From Hypanus sabinus (taxonomy: Eukaryota), in assembly GCF_030144855.1 (NCBI RefSeq), contig NC_082732.1:30938001-31002000 (forward strand): DNA of 64,000 nt. The letters are read 5' to 3'. Positions within the stretch are counted from its first letter, which is position 1; each line of letters starts with the position of its first letter. The translations under genes and the position numbers were made by a program. The notes below the pieces were generated by a model. The model was not told the DNA's origin, ran no database searches, and worked only from the letters and a program-made list of their open reading frames with translations. Below, one piece after another: positions 1 through 11,885 of this stretch.

Positions 1-123
1 TTGTTTTGGAGAAGGCAGGCAGTGGGGTACTGATTGTGGATGATCAGCCATGATCACATTGAATGGCAGTGCTGGCTCAAAGGGCCGAATGGCCTACTCC
101 TGCACCTGTTGTCTATAGTCTAT
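1..123 (+). mobile_element. 3' tail of CR1-clade (HER1-like) LINE
   Basis: gatcagccatgatcacattgaatggc...gggccgaatggcctactcctgcacct followed by (tgtctat)-like terminal repeats. Same tail as the copy at 51847-53030. Confidence 0.85.
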
Positions 124-489
124 CCCATATTTGCAGCATCTGCATTTTTTTGCTTTTCAAACAATATAAATATGCATACAAGGAAATGACATTGTTGGGC
201 AGACCTACAAGATAGGATTCAAAAAAGGTAAGTTATTTGAGACAGGTGAATGAATACCTTTCTCTGATTTTGGAAGAGGTGGTTGAGGAGCCTGCCAGTC
301 CTTTTTATTTTGCCATCTTTCTGAATTTCCTTTTTCTTGATTTCTCCCTCATCCTTTTCGGTATCGGTAACATTAACAGAGGAGCAGCCATCCCTGCGTT
401 CAGAGCAGTAGTGAAATCTCTTCACAAGAAGTGTTTCTGCAGTTATCTGTGGATGTCAAGAAGTAATGAACTCGGCCCTACTCCAGACA

Positions 490-930
490 CCTGAGTACGA
501 AATTCAATCTGGCATTCAGTGTTGAACTCACTAAGGGTGCTACTTTTCAGATATTTTATTAAAGTGAAATATCTGAGCACTATTCTGGAACTAGGGCACT
601 ATTTTGACAGTATTTTGAAGAATTGGAGAAGAGATTCTTCCATATTCATGGGTCAGTATTTATCCATCAAATAGAACTTAAACAGATTAACACATACAAA
701 ATAGTGGAGGAACTCAGTAGGTCAGACAGTATCTATGGAAAGGAATAAACAATCGATGTTTTGGGCTGAAACCCTTCATCATGAAATAGGTTGTCTAGAA
801 TTATCATTGCTTATCACTGAAACATCACTAAAATAAGTTATCTAACAATATCTTTATTATTTTGGGCAGAAATTGACAGCCAAGATTGCGTCATTTCAAA
901 AAATACTTCATAGGCTATAAAAAACTTAAG
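490..930 (+). mobile_element. Degraded Deu-SINE (SacSINE1-like) remnant interrupted by a Penelope terminal fragment
   Basis: ttttgaagaa..gagattct..cagtatttatccatcaa..aaacagatta and cttcataggctataaa resemble the recalled consensus and other copies in this window. Confidence 0.45.
690..783 (-). mobile_element. Penelope-like terminal repeat fragment with decayed hammerhead-like motif
   Basis: cacatacaaaatagtggaggaactcagtaggtcagacagtatctatgg...tcgatgttttgggctgaaacccttcatc, homologous to 45355-45492, which is contiguous with a GIY-YIG remnant. Confidence 0.75.
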
Positions 931-1379
931 GATTGTGCATCTGACTGAAGATAATTGGCCACCTCTGTCAGGATCTTCAGTTAGATATACAATGTTAATA
1001 AAATGTTCTGTGTGGCAGGCTTGATGAGTGAAGAGCTCACAGCATCATCGGTCAGAGAGGGAGCAGGTTGTGCATTACCATGTAGGATCCTTTTCAAAGC
1101 TGTAGATTTGGTATCTCTGTGCACACAGAGATGCTTGCATGCAAGCTACCAATATCTGATATTGAGAAGTCAGAAGCCCATAGTGTACTTGCATTACTAA
1201 GGCTATGGAGAAGATGATTCATTATGAGTTTCATCAAAAGGGTAATGACTGAATGCCCCCAAGGTTCACCAGAATAAGCAGCAGTCTGAAAGAGCTGAGG
1301 TGCTTTAGCATACAGAATGACTGAGGTTTAGAGGTAACTCATTTCCAGGTAGGGAGATTCAAAGAAAATTAATTATTCA

Positions 1380-1660
1380 AATAAAGAACTAGCATTTGCA
1401 GAATGTCCTTGATGACACCTCAAAGTGCCTACATTTTGTAAAGAGATGCGATCACAGTGCTGGAAATATGTCAGCTAATTTGTACAGAGTGACCTCCCAC
1501 AATTCCTAACTGCAGTTAGATAATGAAGAGAGAAATGTTGGTCTAAGACATTGAAAGATCTACCAAGGTGTTCTTTGCATTGATACTCTGGGACGTTGCC
1601 CATGCACTCAATGGCCGTGAGTCCTTGGTTAACGTCATTTTTGAAAGCTGAGTCTACTGA
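1380..1660 (-). mobile_element. Degraded Deu-SINE (SacSINE1-like) remnant
   Basis: aaagaactagcatttg...caaagtgc...cagctaatttgtacag..ctcccaca, similar to 25730-26010 and 38220-38510. Confidence 0.5.
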
Positions 1661-3905
1661 AGCTGACATGACTCACTGTCAGCTGACACATGGAGATGTG
1701 GGTGGAAAAGGTGATCTCAGTCTTCTAGGGTGAAGTGAGCAAGCAGAGCCATAGGATAGATATTGGGGCATTTATATTCTGAACAGAACACCATAAAAAA
1801 GAACAAGTAGTTTGGCAGGCAATTTTCTCATGATCACGCTGTCCCTTTAAACAGTAGTAGCAACAAAAAAAATTAAACTGACATTTACCATTGACCTTGT
1901 CTCCATGGAGATGAACAGAGAATGTCAACAACTTGTCAAAAATGTAATAGAATGAAAACAAATGAAAGGTGTATAAATGCATTTATATTGTGGCTGCACA
2001 TAGGTCTCTAGGTAATACTGCCATTTCTCTCGGTTGCTTTGACATTCACCTTACCTGCCACATGACCAATTTCATTAGATGGACCTTGAGCCATGTGTTA
2101 CAAAGAACACAAGGAGCAGGAGTGGGCAATTCAGCCCCTGGAATCTGCACCACCTTTCACTGCGGCTACGACTGAGCTGTGATCCAACTCCATTTATCCA
2201 CCTCCCCCTGTGCTGCTTAATACCTTTAGTTGTCAAAAATTATCAATCATCGAAATATTTAAATTTAGCAACTGCCTTGGCATAATCTGTCATTTGCGGA
2301 GGTGGAGTTAGTGTTGTGGTTCCTGTGCAATGGCAGAACTGAATGTGAGACCCATCAGTGTGATTGTGAAGGTAATAAACACCCTCTATCATATTTTCAT
2401 ATTTATTTCACATCCTTATCCTCCCTTGGTCCTTTCAATTTGAACTAAAATAGTCAATCATTGTCTTAGTAAAACAGTTGGGTAATTACAACAGCAAATG
2501 TGAGGAATATCATCTAATACCTGTATTGTGTGGTTGTTGATAGGAAAAATGTCAATTTTTAAATGTTCATCATTTCCTGGATGTATGAATTGCTGATAAG
2601 GTCAGCGCATACTTGAAGAAATCTGTGCTCATGGCCTGTTGCCCTTGTACTGTTTAGATGGTGGTTTGGCACATTCTGTCAAACAACTTCCATGGGTCTG
2701 ATAGTCACATAATAATTCACGGTTCAAGGCTTCCACCGAACAATTGTTATGATTCACATCTTGCCACTCTATTGCCCTGCCAACATTGGGCTCATATTGA
2801 ATCAGTTCCCCCCTCAAAAAGGCATTCCTCTCTGGACTCTCAGCATTACGGCTTTCCAAATTGGCTTCAAGGGGGTACTTACAGGGGCTGGCCAGCATAT
2901 GGATTCTGTTTATGTAGTCTAGGGGGTAGGATAGTTAGCTTCCAGTAACTCTGATGACAGAAAAGTCCTGGTTTTCGGTTACAATGAAAAATTCTTGCTC
3001 CCTGTATAATGCCAGCTATGCATGGGATAGCTTGCCAATGCTCAGTTTCTGACCTGCTTTTTGAAGACTCTTTACATGTATACAATCAATCTGAAAATTG
3101 ATAACAAGCCACATAAAAAGATATATGAACAAAAGATCAGAAGCTTGAGTGAAAGGGTATCTTATAAACAGCACTAAAGAGAGATGAGAGGAGATTAAAG
3201 GAGGGACTTCCAGTGTTTAGGAACTAGAGGTCGAAGTCAGGTACACTACTAATGCAGCTTAGAGAGTGGGAGATGGATGGTGTTGAGCCATGAATTTGAC
3301 CAGACGTCTTCAGTTATGTATGAGAGTTGCCAGGGTCTGGATTTCTTTTTGGCAGTACAGTAAAGCAATGTTATGTTTAATCCTAACACCCAATCCAGTT
3401 CTGAAAGGGTAGTAGTCTGGTTTGCACCCAGAACAAGTGTTATATATGGGCCTGCAAATTTCCTTGAAGAACCTCATCCAATTTAGCATAGCTCCTGACA
3501 CTTTGCTCAGATCGTCAATGAAAGACATCAGCCTGAAAGCCATTTCCACATTGGCTGCCATATAGTTAGCAATATATAGGATCAGCTCCCGCTTTACTCA
3601 AATGGACAAGTCCTGATCAATAAGGTACTTGCCAGGCAGGGGAACTTGCGCATCAGGGGAGCCAGGAACCCTTGCTAGATCCATCATGGCAAGAGCCTGT
3701 CAGGAGTGCCTGTAGTTAGTGACAGGGTTGACTGTACAGCAATGCAGGGGGAAAAATTTGACAATCTCACTTTGTTTGTCAGGATGATCTACACATCATT
3801 GTTTACACTTGTGAAGTGGAGATACTCACAGAATATGGAGCTCTGAGTCCTTGAAGCATGACACCACTAGTCAGGAAATTCAAATGCATTTTTAATCCAT
3901 TAAGT

Positions 3906-3956
3906 CAGAGGTTCCAAACCTGGGGTCCATGGCATAAAAAAGGTTGGGAACCCCTG
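3906..3956. mobile_element. 51-bp hAT-type MITE
   Basis: 15-bp terminal inverted repeats cagaggttccaaacc / ggttgggaacccctg. Flanks cattaagt / tattaaat match 6/8, consistent with a decayed 8-bp TSD. Confidence 0.75.
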
Positions 3957-5067
3957 TATTAAATGAAAGGGATCAGTGATTCATTAATTTGTGTGTTATA
4001 ATCAGTGCAGGAGCGTCTGAAGGACTTAGTGCTTCATGTCAAGTCCATCAGCTGATTGAGTATTGTGGTTAAGGATTATATCGTGGAGAGAGGCTCTTGA
4101 TTTGGTTTTGGGAAATGCATTTTCTAGGTATCTTACAAAAATCTGTCCTTTAAGGAGTTTCTGAAATCCTTTGACCCAGTGCCTGCTCCTTCTGCTCAAC
4201 TTGGAGATAGGACTGTGGATATTGAGCAGGGTCATCTCCCCAGTAGCTATCTCCCTCCCACTCATTTTGCTCTTGATGCTCTTTAAGAAGCTATCCAATC
4301 AGGTCTCCAGAACTGAGACAAAAGTCCCTTTTAATACTGTTAGCAACAACAAAGTTATGTGACATTGCCCTAGTTTTAAACTGTCACAATTTGCATCATT
4401 GAGCAATTTATGACGGAAATGCATCTTACACAAATAATGACATCACCAGATGTTCATGTGACACAGAAAATTTGATGGCTGTGCCAGTGTGAATACTTCA
4501 TGGAAGTTCTTACCCACTTTTGTGAAGATTGCTCAATCCACTCTGGCTTAAACTGGACGTTTGCATAATTTACACGTGGAAAAAGCAGGAAATGGATCCA
4601 GTTCTGGGAACAGGCCTTCGGGAAATGTCCTTTGCATCTTCAGGTCAGCACTCAGATGGAGAGGTGCAACTCAGATCACCAGGTACCCATTTGCCTGGCT
4701 GCAGCCTCTGGCCTCGACCTTGTATGTCTGATGCTCAGCTTACTCCGAGGGCCTGCTCCTATGCTGTACTTTTCTGCGTTCTAATTGCAAAACTTCCAGG
4801 AAGCAAGAAGTGGGCAGTGATTACATAGAAAATGTAGCTGTTGCAGATTAGAACACAGGATCTATGCATCTTTGTTGTTGCACAGAGCCTAAATGCATAC
4901 ATTGGAACATAGAGTCTGTGCATATAAATTAGTATATGGTCCCTGTGTGCACACAAGGACAACCTGGGCCTTTGGTTTGGATACTGGAAGTTGTGCATTC
5001 TATTCAGATCACTGAAAATCAGTATGAGGTCCTCAGACACTTGAGCCTGCAAATTGAATAGATTGTC

Positions 5068-5266
5068 TAAAAGGATCTTATGCTTTCCCGGCATATATGA
5101 CGAATGAACTCTTCTTGGGCTTCCAGCCAGGTACAGATATCAATTTTAACCAATGTTTCGATGACAAGCTCTGCATCATCCTTAACGAAGATGGCAGAAT
5201 TTGTCATCAAAACATCTGTTAAAGTCAATACCTATACATGGCTGGAAGCCCAGTAAGAGTTTATTG
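5068..5266. mobile_element. Fold-back mini-element (probable Penelope inverted-pLTR derivative)
   Basis: Inverted arms of ~78 nt (5103-5180 and 5187-5265), a 35-nt unpaired extension, and a perfect 13-bp direct repeat tgaatagattgtc at 5055-5067 and 5267-5279. Confidence 0.8.
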
Positions 5267-6699
5267 TGAATAGATTGTCACCCTTTTTTTAACCCTCGAA
5301 TCTTGTAATCATTGACTTAATCCAGAGAAGATCACACTAACAATAGTTTCTGGGAGAATCAAAGTCAGTGCATGCACCATGGAACATAGGACCTAGGTGT
5401 GTATATTGGAGCCTAGAACTCTGGGCAGGAGCACCAGGACATAGAGGCCGTGCCTGTGCCCCAATATGCAGGCTTATTCCGGGTGGTGCATTTGCTTCAA
5501 CAATTGACTACTTCAGTTAGAGCATGTGGTCTTCAAAGTCTCATGGACTGCATTGTGGAAAAGTTCCCATGATCAGCAGGAGGCCTCAATCTAAACCAGA
5601 CCAGTTGGTTTCCATTCAACAATCAATCTCAGCTGAGCTTGCCCTTAGATGCCCCTTGAAATAGTGAATAGCCAATGAGAATTGGATAACACAGTCCCTT
5701 AATAACACCTCTCTAATGACTTTAGTCCTTCTTAAAGAACGTGTGAATCAAAGCAGGTCAGCAGGATGGTTCTTTATTATACACAGGATCACAGTCACTG
5801 AGCTGGCGCTGCCCATGGCCTCTGTCAGGTCACATTTCCCGTCCCTTACTGATGTCTAATGGAATAGGTACTGCACTTAACATTGGAAACATTGCACTTA
5901 AACTGCTATTGGTCCAAACTCAAGCTGCAGAAAGGAATGGCTAAGAACGTACCCAACCCATTTGATAAGAAGATTTTTATGGTTAATTTCATAACTGAAA
6001 ATTAGCTGGCCAGGGATTTCAGCTTCAGCTTATTCAAATTCAGCAAGCACATCTGCCTGATGTAAATATTTTCTCTGTCACAGTTTCTGGAGTTAAGGTA
6101 TGACAGTCTATTCCTTGTGAAAGAATGTAGTTGTGATATGACAGGACATTTCAAATAAGTCAACACTTCGGCTGTTTAATGCAGGCAGTTCATTAAAAGG
6201 ACTTTGTCTTCACGTTCAGAATAAATCATTACAGATGCTTAGAATGGGTGCATTGTTAAAGTACCCTCATAGGTGGAAGAAGGGTATTACTTTAGGACAG
6301 GACACACAATTGAGTAACAGTAGCTCTTGTGGTGGAATAGATAAGCCTGCAAATGAGATTAATAGATTTTTGTTGAGTATTTACTGAAGTAAGATGGACA
6401 GATGGAATTAAGACACAGTTCAACTGTTCCTTGTGGAGTCAAGTCCCAGATTTGCATGACTCTCTGGCTAAAGGAATTTCTTCAGGCCTCATAATTGCAT
6501 TTATGAATGATTAAATATATATTTAGCTCATTGTTCCCATTTCTCCCAAACTGGGAAAACACCTTTCAATGCCTAAAATACATGACTTTTAACATTATTC
6601 CTTCGCTTTTCATTTTCCAGAGAAAATGATCCAGCCTGTTCATTCTTTCATGATTATTATTATTTCAGAGACCAGTACCCTGTAAATACTTGTTGAATA

Positions 6700-7150
6700 T
6701 GCAACCTTGTCAAAGGCCTTGCTAAAGTCTATGTAGACAGCATCCATCACCCTGCCCTAATCAATCCTCTTGGTAGCTCATTCAAAAAAGCTCAGCCAAA
6801 TTTGTGAGACAAGATCTCCCATGAATAAAACCACACCAATTATCCCTAATCAGGCCTTACTTTTTCTAGATGCAAATAAATCTCGTCTGTCAGAATCTTT
6901 TCTAATAACTCTCCCAGCACTAATATAAAACTCATTGGCCTTTAATTCCTTGGCTTATACCTGCTGCCTTTCCTGGCCTCCAGCCTTCTAGTATCTCACC
7001 TGTGGCTAATGAAGACACAAAAATCTCTGCTGGGATTCCCTTGCTTCCCCGAGGATACACCTAGTCAGCCGCCTGGAATTTATTCATCTTGATGCATTTG
7101 AAAACCTCCAACACCACCTCCTTCATATTGTTCTTGTGCTCTAGGATATC
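6700..7150 (-). mobile_element. CR1-clade RT fragment, degraded
   Basis: accttgtcaaaggccttgctaaagtctatgtagacagcatcc reverse-translates to DAVYIDFSKAFDKV. Confidence 0.75.
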
Positions 7151-7237
7151 ATTGTTCCTTCTCTTAAAGTCAAGGCTCACCAATATGCTTACCAACAGAA
7201 TCATTCTACGACAGGTGCCATAGCATCTGTCATTCAC

Positions 7238-10130
7238 TTGACCCCAAAGCACCCAGAAAATAAGGACACCTATGTCAGAATGCTGTTTCTGGATTTCAAT
7301 TTGGCATTCAACACTATTGTCTCACCTCGGTCTAACTACACCACTGTGCAACTGGGTGTTGGACTTCCTAACCAACAGACCTCAGATAGTCAGGATGCAC
7401 AACCGCTCCTCCCTCCCCATCATCCTCAACACAGGTGCCCCCCCAGGCTGTGTGCTGAGCGTGTCGCTGTACACTCTGCTCACACAGGACTGCACAGCCA
7501 AACATATGAGCAATCGCATCGTCAAGTTTGGTGATGACATGACAGTGGTGGGGCTCATCACCAGCAATGAGATGGCCTGCAGAAAGGAAGTGGAAGGGCC
7601 CGAGGCCTGGTGCTAGGAAAATAACCTCTTCCTTATTGTCAACAAAGGAGATGGTTATCGACTTCAGGAAAACTTGTACCACTCACACCCTGGTGGAAAC
7701 TGAGAACAGTTTTAAACTCCTGAGATTGCGCATCACACACAACCTCTCATGGTCAAGAAACACATCCTACCCAGTCAAGAAAGCTCACCGATACCTCTGC
7801 TCTCTGAGGAGACGGGAGAGAGCTGTACTCCATATTTACATCATTCTGCAGATGTGCAGTGGAGAGCATCCTAACAAGTTGCATCCCTGCATGACGTGGA
7901 AACTGAACTGCAGGAAGGTTTTACGACGGGTAGCTAAAACATCACTGACGTCAGCCTACTTCCCACCAAGGACATGTATACAGAAAGGTGCCAGCAAAGG
8001 CCCAGTATACCACAAAATAATAATAATGGGGGATGAGCAGATGGTAGATGAACTAAATGAGTATTTTGCATCAGTCTTCACTGTGGAAGATACTGGCAGT
8101 GAGCCAAATGTTGAAGGGTGCAAGGGTAGAGAAGTGACTGCAGCTAATATTACAAGGGAAAAGGTGCTCAAAAACCTGAAAGACCTAAGGGTACATAAGT
8201 CACCGGACCAGTCAAACTGCACCCTATGGTTCTGAAAGAGGTAGCGGTAGAGATTGTGGAGGCATTTGTAATGATCTTTCAAAAATCGTTCGACTCTGGC
8301 ATGGTGCCAGAGGACTGGAAAATTGCAAATGTCACTTTATTCTTTAAGAAAGGAGGAAGACAGCAGAAAGGACATTATAGACCAGTTAACCTGAACTCAG
8401 TGGTTGGGAAGATGTTGGAGTCAGTTGTTAAAGATGAGATTATGGAGTTCTTGGTGACACAAGACAAGATAGGAGAAAATCAGCATGGTTGCCTTCAGGG
8501 AAAATCTTGCCTGACAAACCCGTTAGAATTCTTTGAGGAGATTTCAAGTAGGATAAATAAAAAGGATGCAGTGGATGTTGTATATTTGGATTTTCAGAAG
8601 GCCTTTGACAAGGTGCCACACATGAAGCTGCTTACCAAGCTAAGAGCCCATAGTATTAAAGGAAAGTTTACTGGTGTGGTTACATCATTGGCTGATTGGT
8701 TGGAGCCAGTGTTTGGGAATAATAGGATGCTTTTCTGGTTGGCTGCCAGTGACTAGTGGTGTTCCGCAGGGGTCAGTGTTGGGACCACTTCTTTTTATGT
8801 TGTATATCAATGATTTGATGATGGAATAGATGGCTTTGTTGCCAAGTTTGCAAATGATACGAAGATTGGTGGAGGGGTGGAAACAGACTACAGAAGGACC
8901 TACATTAGGAGAATGGGCAAGAAAATGGCAAATTAAATATAGGGTTGGAAAATGCATGGTCATACTCTTTGATAGAAGAAATAAATGTGCAGACTATTTT
9001 CTAAATGGAGAGAAAATCCGAAAATCTGAGATGCAAAGGGACATGGGAGTCCTTGTGCAGAACACCCTAAAGGTTAACTTGTAGGTAGAGTTGGTGGTGA
9101 GGAAGGCAAATGTAATGTCAGCATTCATTTCAAGAGGTCTAGAATACAAGAGCAGGGATATGATGCTGAGGCTTTATAAGGCACTAGTGAGGCCTCACCT
9201 TGAGTATTGTCAACAGTTATGGACTCCTCATCTAGGAAAAGGTGTGCTGGCATTAGAGAGGGTTCTGAGGAGGTTCACAAGGATAATTCCAAGAATGAAG
9301 GGATTATCATCCAAGGAATGTTTGGTAGCTCTGTGTCTAAATGCTGGAATTTAGAAGGATGAGGGGGGATCTCGTTGAAACCTTACGAAGGTTGAAAGGC
9401 CTAAACAGAGTAAATGCAGAAAAGATGTTTCCCATGTTGGGTGAGTCTGGGACAAGAGCACGCAGCCTCAGGACAGGGGTGTCCATTTAAAACAGAGGTA
9501 TGGAGAAATCTCTTTAGCCAGAGGGTGGTGAAGTTGTGGAATTGTTACCACAGGCAGCTGTGGAGGCTGGGTCGTTGGGTATATTTAAGGCAGAGCTTGA
9601 TAGTTTCTTGATTGGATGCACCATCAAAGGCTGGGGAGTGGGGCTGAGGAGAGAAAAAGGGGAACAACCATGATTAAATGGCGGAGCAGACTTGATGGCC
9701 CAAATGACTTAATTCAACTCCTATATTTTATGGTCTTATGATATAAGGATCCCACCCACCCTGCTCATGGACAGTTTGTCCCACTCCCATCAAGGAAGCA
9801 ACAACTTAGTATCCAGGCTAGGACCACCAGACTCAAGAACAGTTACTTTTCCCAAACGATAAGACTGATCAATAGTTCTACCCATTAACTCCACCACTAC
9901 TTATATTATTTCCCATCAATCACCTTAATGCACTTTCGTGTCACTATATGAACATTCAATAAATCTATGTACATAAGCTATCTTATGTATTTATATTTAT
10001 TGTGTGTTTTTATTATTATTGTGCTCTTTATCTTTTGTGTTGTTTTTGTATTTCAGATCCAGAGTACTAATTATTTTGTTCTCCTTACACTTGTGTACAG
10101 CAAATGATATTAAACAATCTTGAATCTTGA
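7238..10130 (+). mobile_element. Rex1/Babar-type LINE 3' part (7238-8010 and 9741-10130), split by a CR1 insertion
   Basis: [69 protein letters not shown]. Resumes at aaggatcccacccaccctgctcatgg and ends in (tcttgaa) repeats. Confidence 0.85.
8012..9740 (+). mobile_element. CR1-clade LINE, 5'-truncated, frameshifted RT
   Basis: DELNEYFASVFT, VPEDWKIANVT, YRPVNL, QHG..GKSCLTN, VDVVYLDFQKAFDKVPH, LVRPHLEYC. Tail (ttatggtc). Confidence 0.92.
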
Positions 10131-10699
10131 GTACAGACATTCAGCTGTTGTACTTTCCTATGGCTCCACACATGGACCCTTAAGGTGACCTAAATGCTCC
10201 TTAGCTACTCGTTTCCTTAATTTAATTATTGAATCTTTTAAAATATTTTTAAATTATTGTAAATTTTTTTTAAAATCTTATCTACAATGGATATCGCATG
10301 CATTGATCCCCACCCACAACTCCTGCCCTCCAGATTTCATTCTTAAATGTACTCTTATAATCTTTATAGTTCTCAAGAGACTTGCTTGATCACATCTGCC
10401 TGTACCACACATATGCCTCCTTTTCCCTGGCCAAGCCCTTAGTATCCTTTGTCAATCAACATCCCCTAATCTGGTCAGCTTTGCCCTTCACTGAAGCAGG
10501 AGTGTGCTGGTCTTGAACTTTGCTGATCTCACTTCCCATTTGCTAAACATCCCTTTCCTTGCAAATTGACTCTCCTAATAACCTTTAGAGGATTCCTGTC
10601 TTTAGCCATCTAAAGTACCCTTACCTTATTTTAAAACTTAAGGGCCAGTGCTATCTTTTTTACCAAAACCAACTTTGAAACTAAAGGAATTATGATTGT

Positions 10700-10960
10700 T
10701 GGTATATACCTTTATCAGTCAGCACATTGAATATGGAAGTGAGGAAGTCATACTGCAAATGTATAAAACTTTCCATATGCCATATTTGGAATATTGTGTG
10801 CAGTTCTGATTGCAACACCACAGACCTTGTTGACAGTACTGAGAAAGTTCAACAGAATGTTGTCTGAATTGGAGAGGTACGAGGAAAGGTACCAGGGATT
10901 GCTTTCTCTAGAGCATCGATGGCTGAGGGGTGACCTGACAGAAGTATATACAAATGACAG
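10700..10960 (+). mobile_element. CR1 3' fragment, degraded
   Basis: tatttggaatattgtgtgcagttctga (LEYCVQF) and ggctgaggggtgacctgacagaagtata. Confidence 0.65.
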
Positions 10961-11165
10961 ACTAATATGAAGCCTGCACTTAATGAACTATACTCAGTGA
11001 TCAACCCTGAGGCCCTTTTCATCCTTACCAGTGACCTCAATCAGATCAGCTTCAAGAGGAAGTTACCAAAATACTACCAGCATGTCTCCTTTCCCACCAC
11101 GGACCCGAACACCCTCTACACTTACTGTACAATCATCAAACATGCATACAGAGCCATCCAACCTC
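10960..11165 (+). mobile_element. LINE APE-endonuclease fragment (Rex1-like)
   Basis: PEALFILTSDLNQ..KLPKYYQHVSFPT..PNTL..C...IKHAYR matches the GDFN...PTR...LD pattern. Confidence 0.7.
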
Positions 11166-11236
11166 CCTCATCCACTAGCCCACTCTTCCGTTTCCACTTT
11201 GGTAGATCAGTTCACCAGGATGTGCCTGCAAACCCT

Positions 11237-11345
11237 GTTGACGTTTCAGTCCTACTGAAGGGTTTCAGCTCAAAATGTCGACTGTACTTTTTTTCTTAGA
11301 TGCTGCCTGGCCTTCTGAGTTCCTCCAACTTTTTGTGTGTGTTGT
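11237..11345 (+). mobile_element. Penelope-like terminal repeat fragment with decayed hammerhead-like motif
   Basis: cagtc-ctactga-agggtttcagctc-aaaatgtc-gactg, then tagatgctgcctggccttctgagttcctcca. Confidence 0.75.
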
Positions 11346-11885
11346 CCACTATATATTCTCTCTGCAGTCTGAATGCAATATATTCTCCACCTCAGAATGT
11401 CATTATTTATTTTCCCCATACTACGTAATACCTGTTTCCCTCCATGGTGCATCTCAGTCAAAGACTGCATGCAATATACTCTCCTTCCCAGACAGTGTAG
11501 TACATTTTCCTTGTGGTTTCCCAAGAACCCAGTCCCTGCCTTTGAAGTTCTGCTATCAGCCAGGAAACTCAGAAACTGCGCTAGATGTCATCTCCAAGCT
11601 ATAAAACTGCGACCATCCTTCACAGTACCATTCAAGTCTTTAAGACAGAAATCCCACTTCAAATCACTTCGCCCATAATGAAGACTAATATAAGCTGTGT
11701 AGGACCATGAGAATGCTGAAATGTTGAAAATGTTATTTTTGTTTACCAGCAATATTGAACTCTGACCCCATCTATGCTAAAAATACTGGCACTATCATGA
11801 AGGTGATCAAAAGAATTCTCCCCATTGGCCTGACCAGTGTTAATCCAACAACCTATGTTATTAAAACAGATTTTCTAATCATAAT

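Noticed and set aside
180-235. Strong donor-like AAG|GTAAGT near 227 as a cryptic exon end
   Set aside because: There is no convincing acceptor or CAMTA1-like peptide upstream.
4026-4298. 90-aa minus-strand ORF in non-repetitive sequence
   Set aside because: Non-ATG start, no recognisable domain or splice context, and a length within chance expectation.
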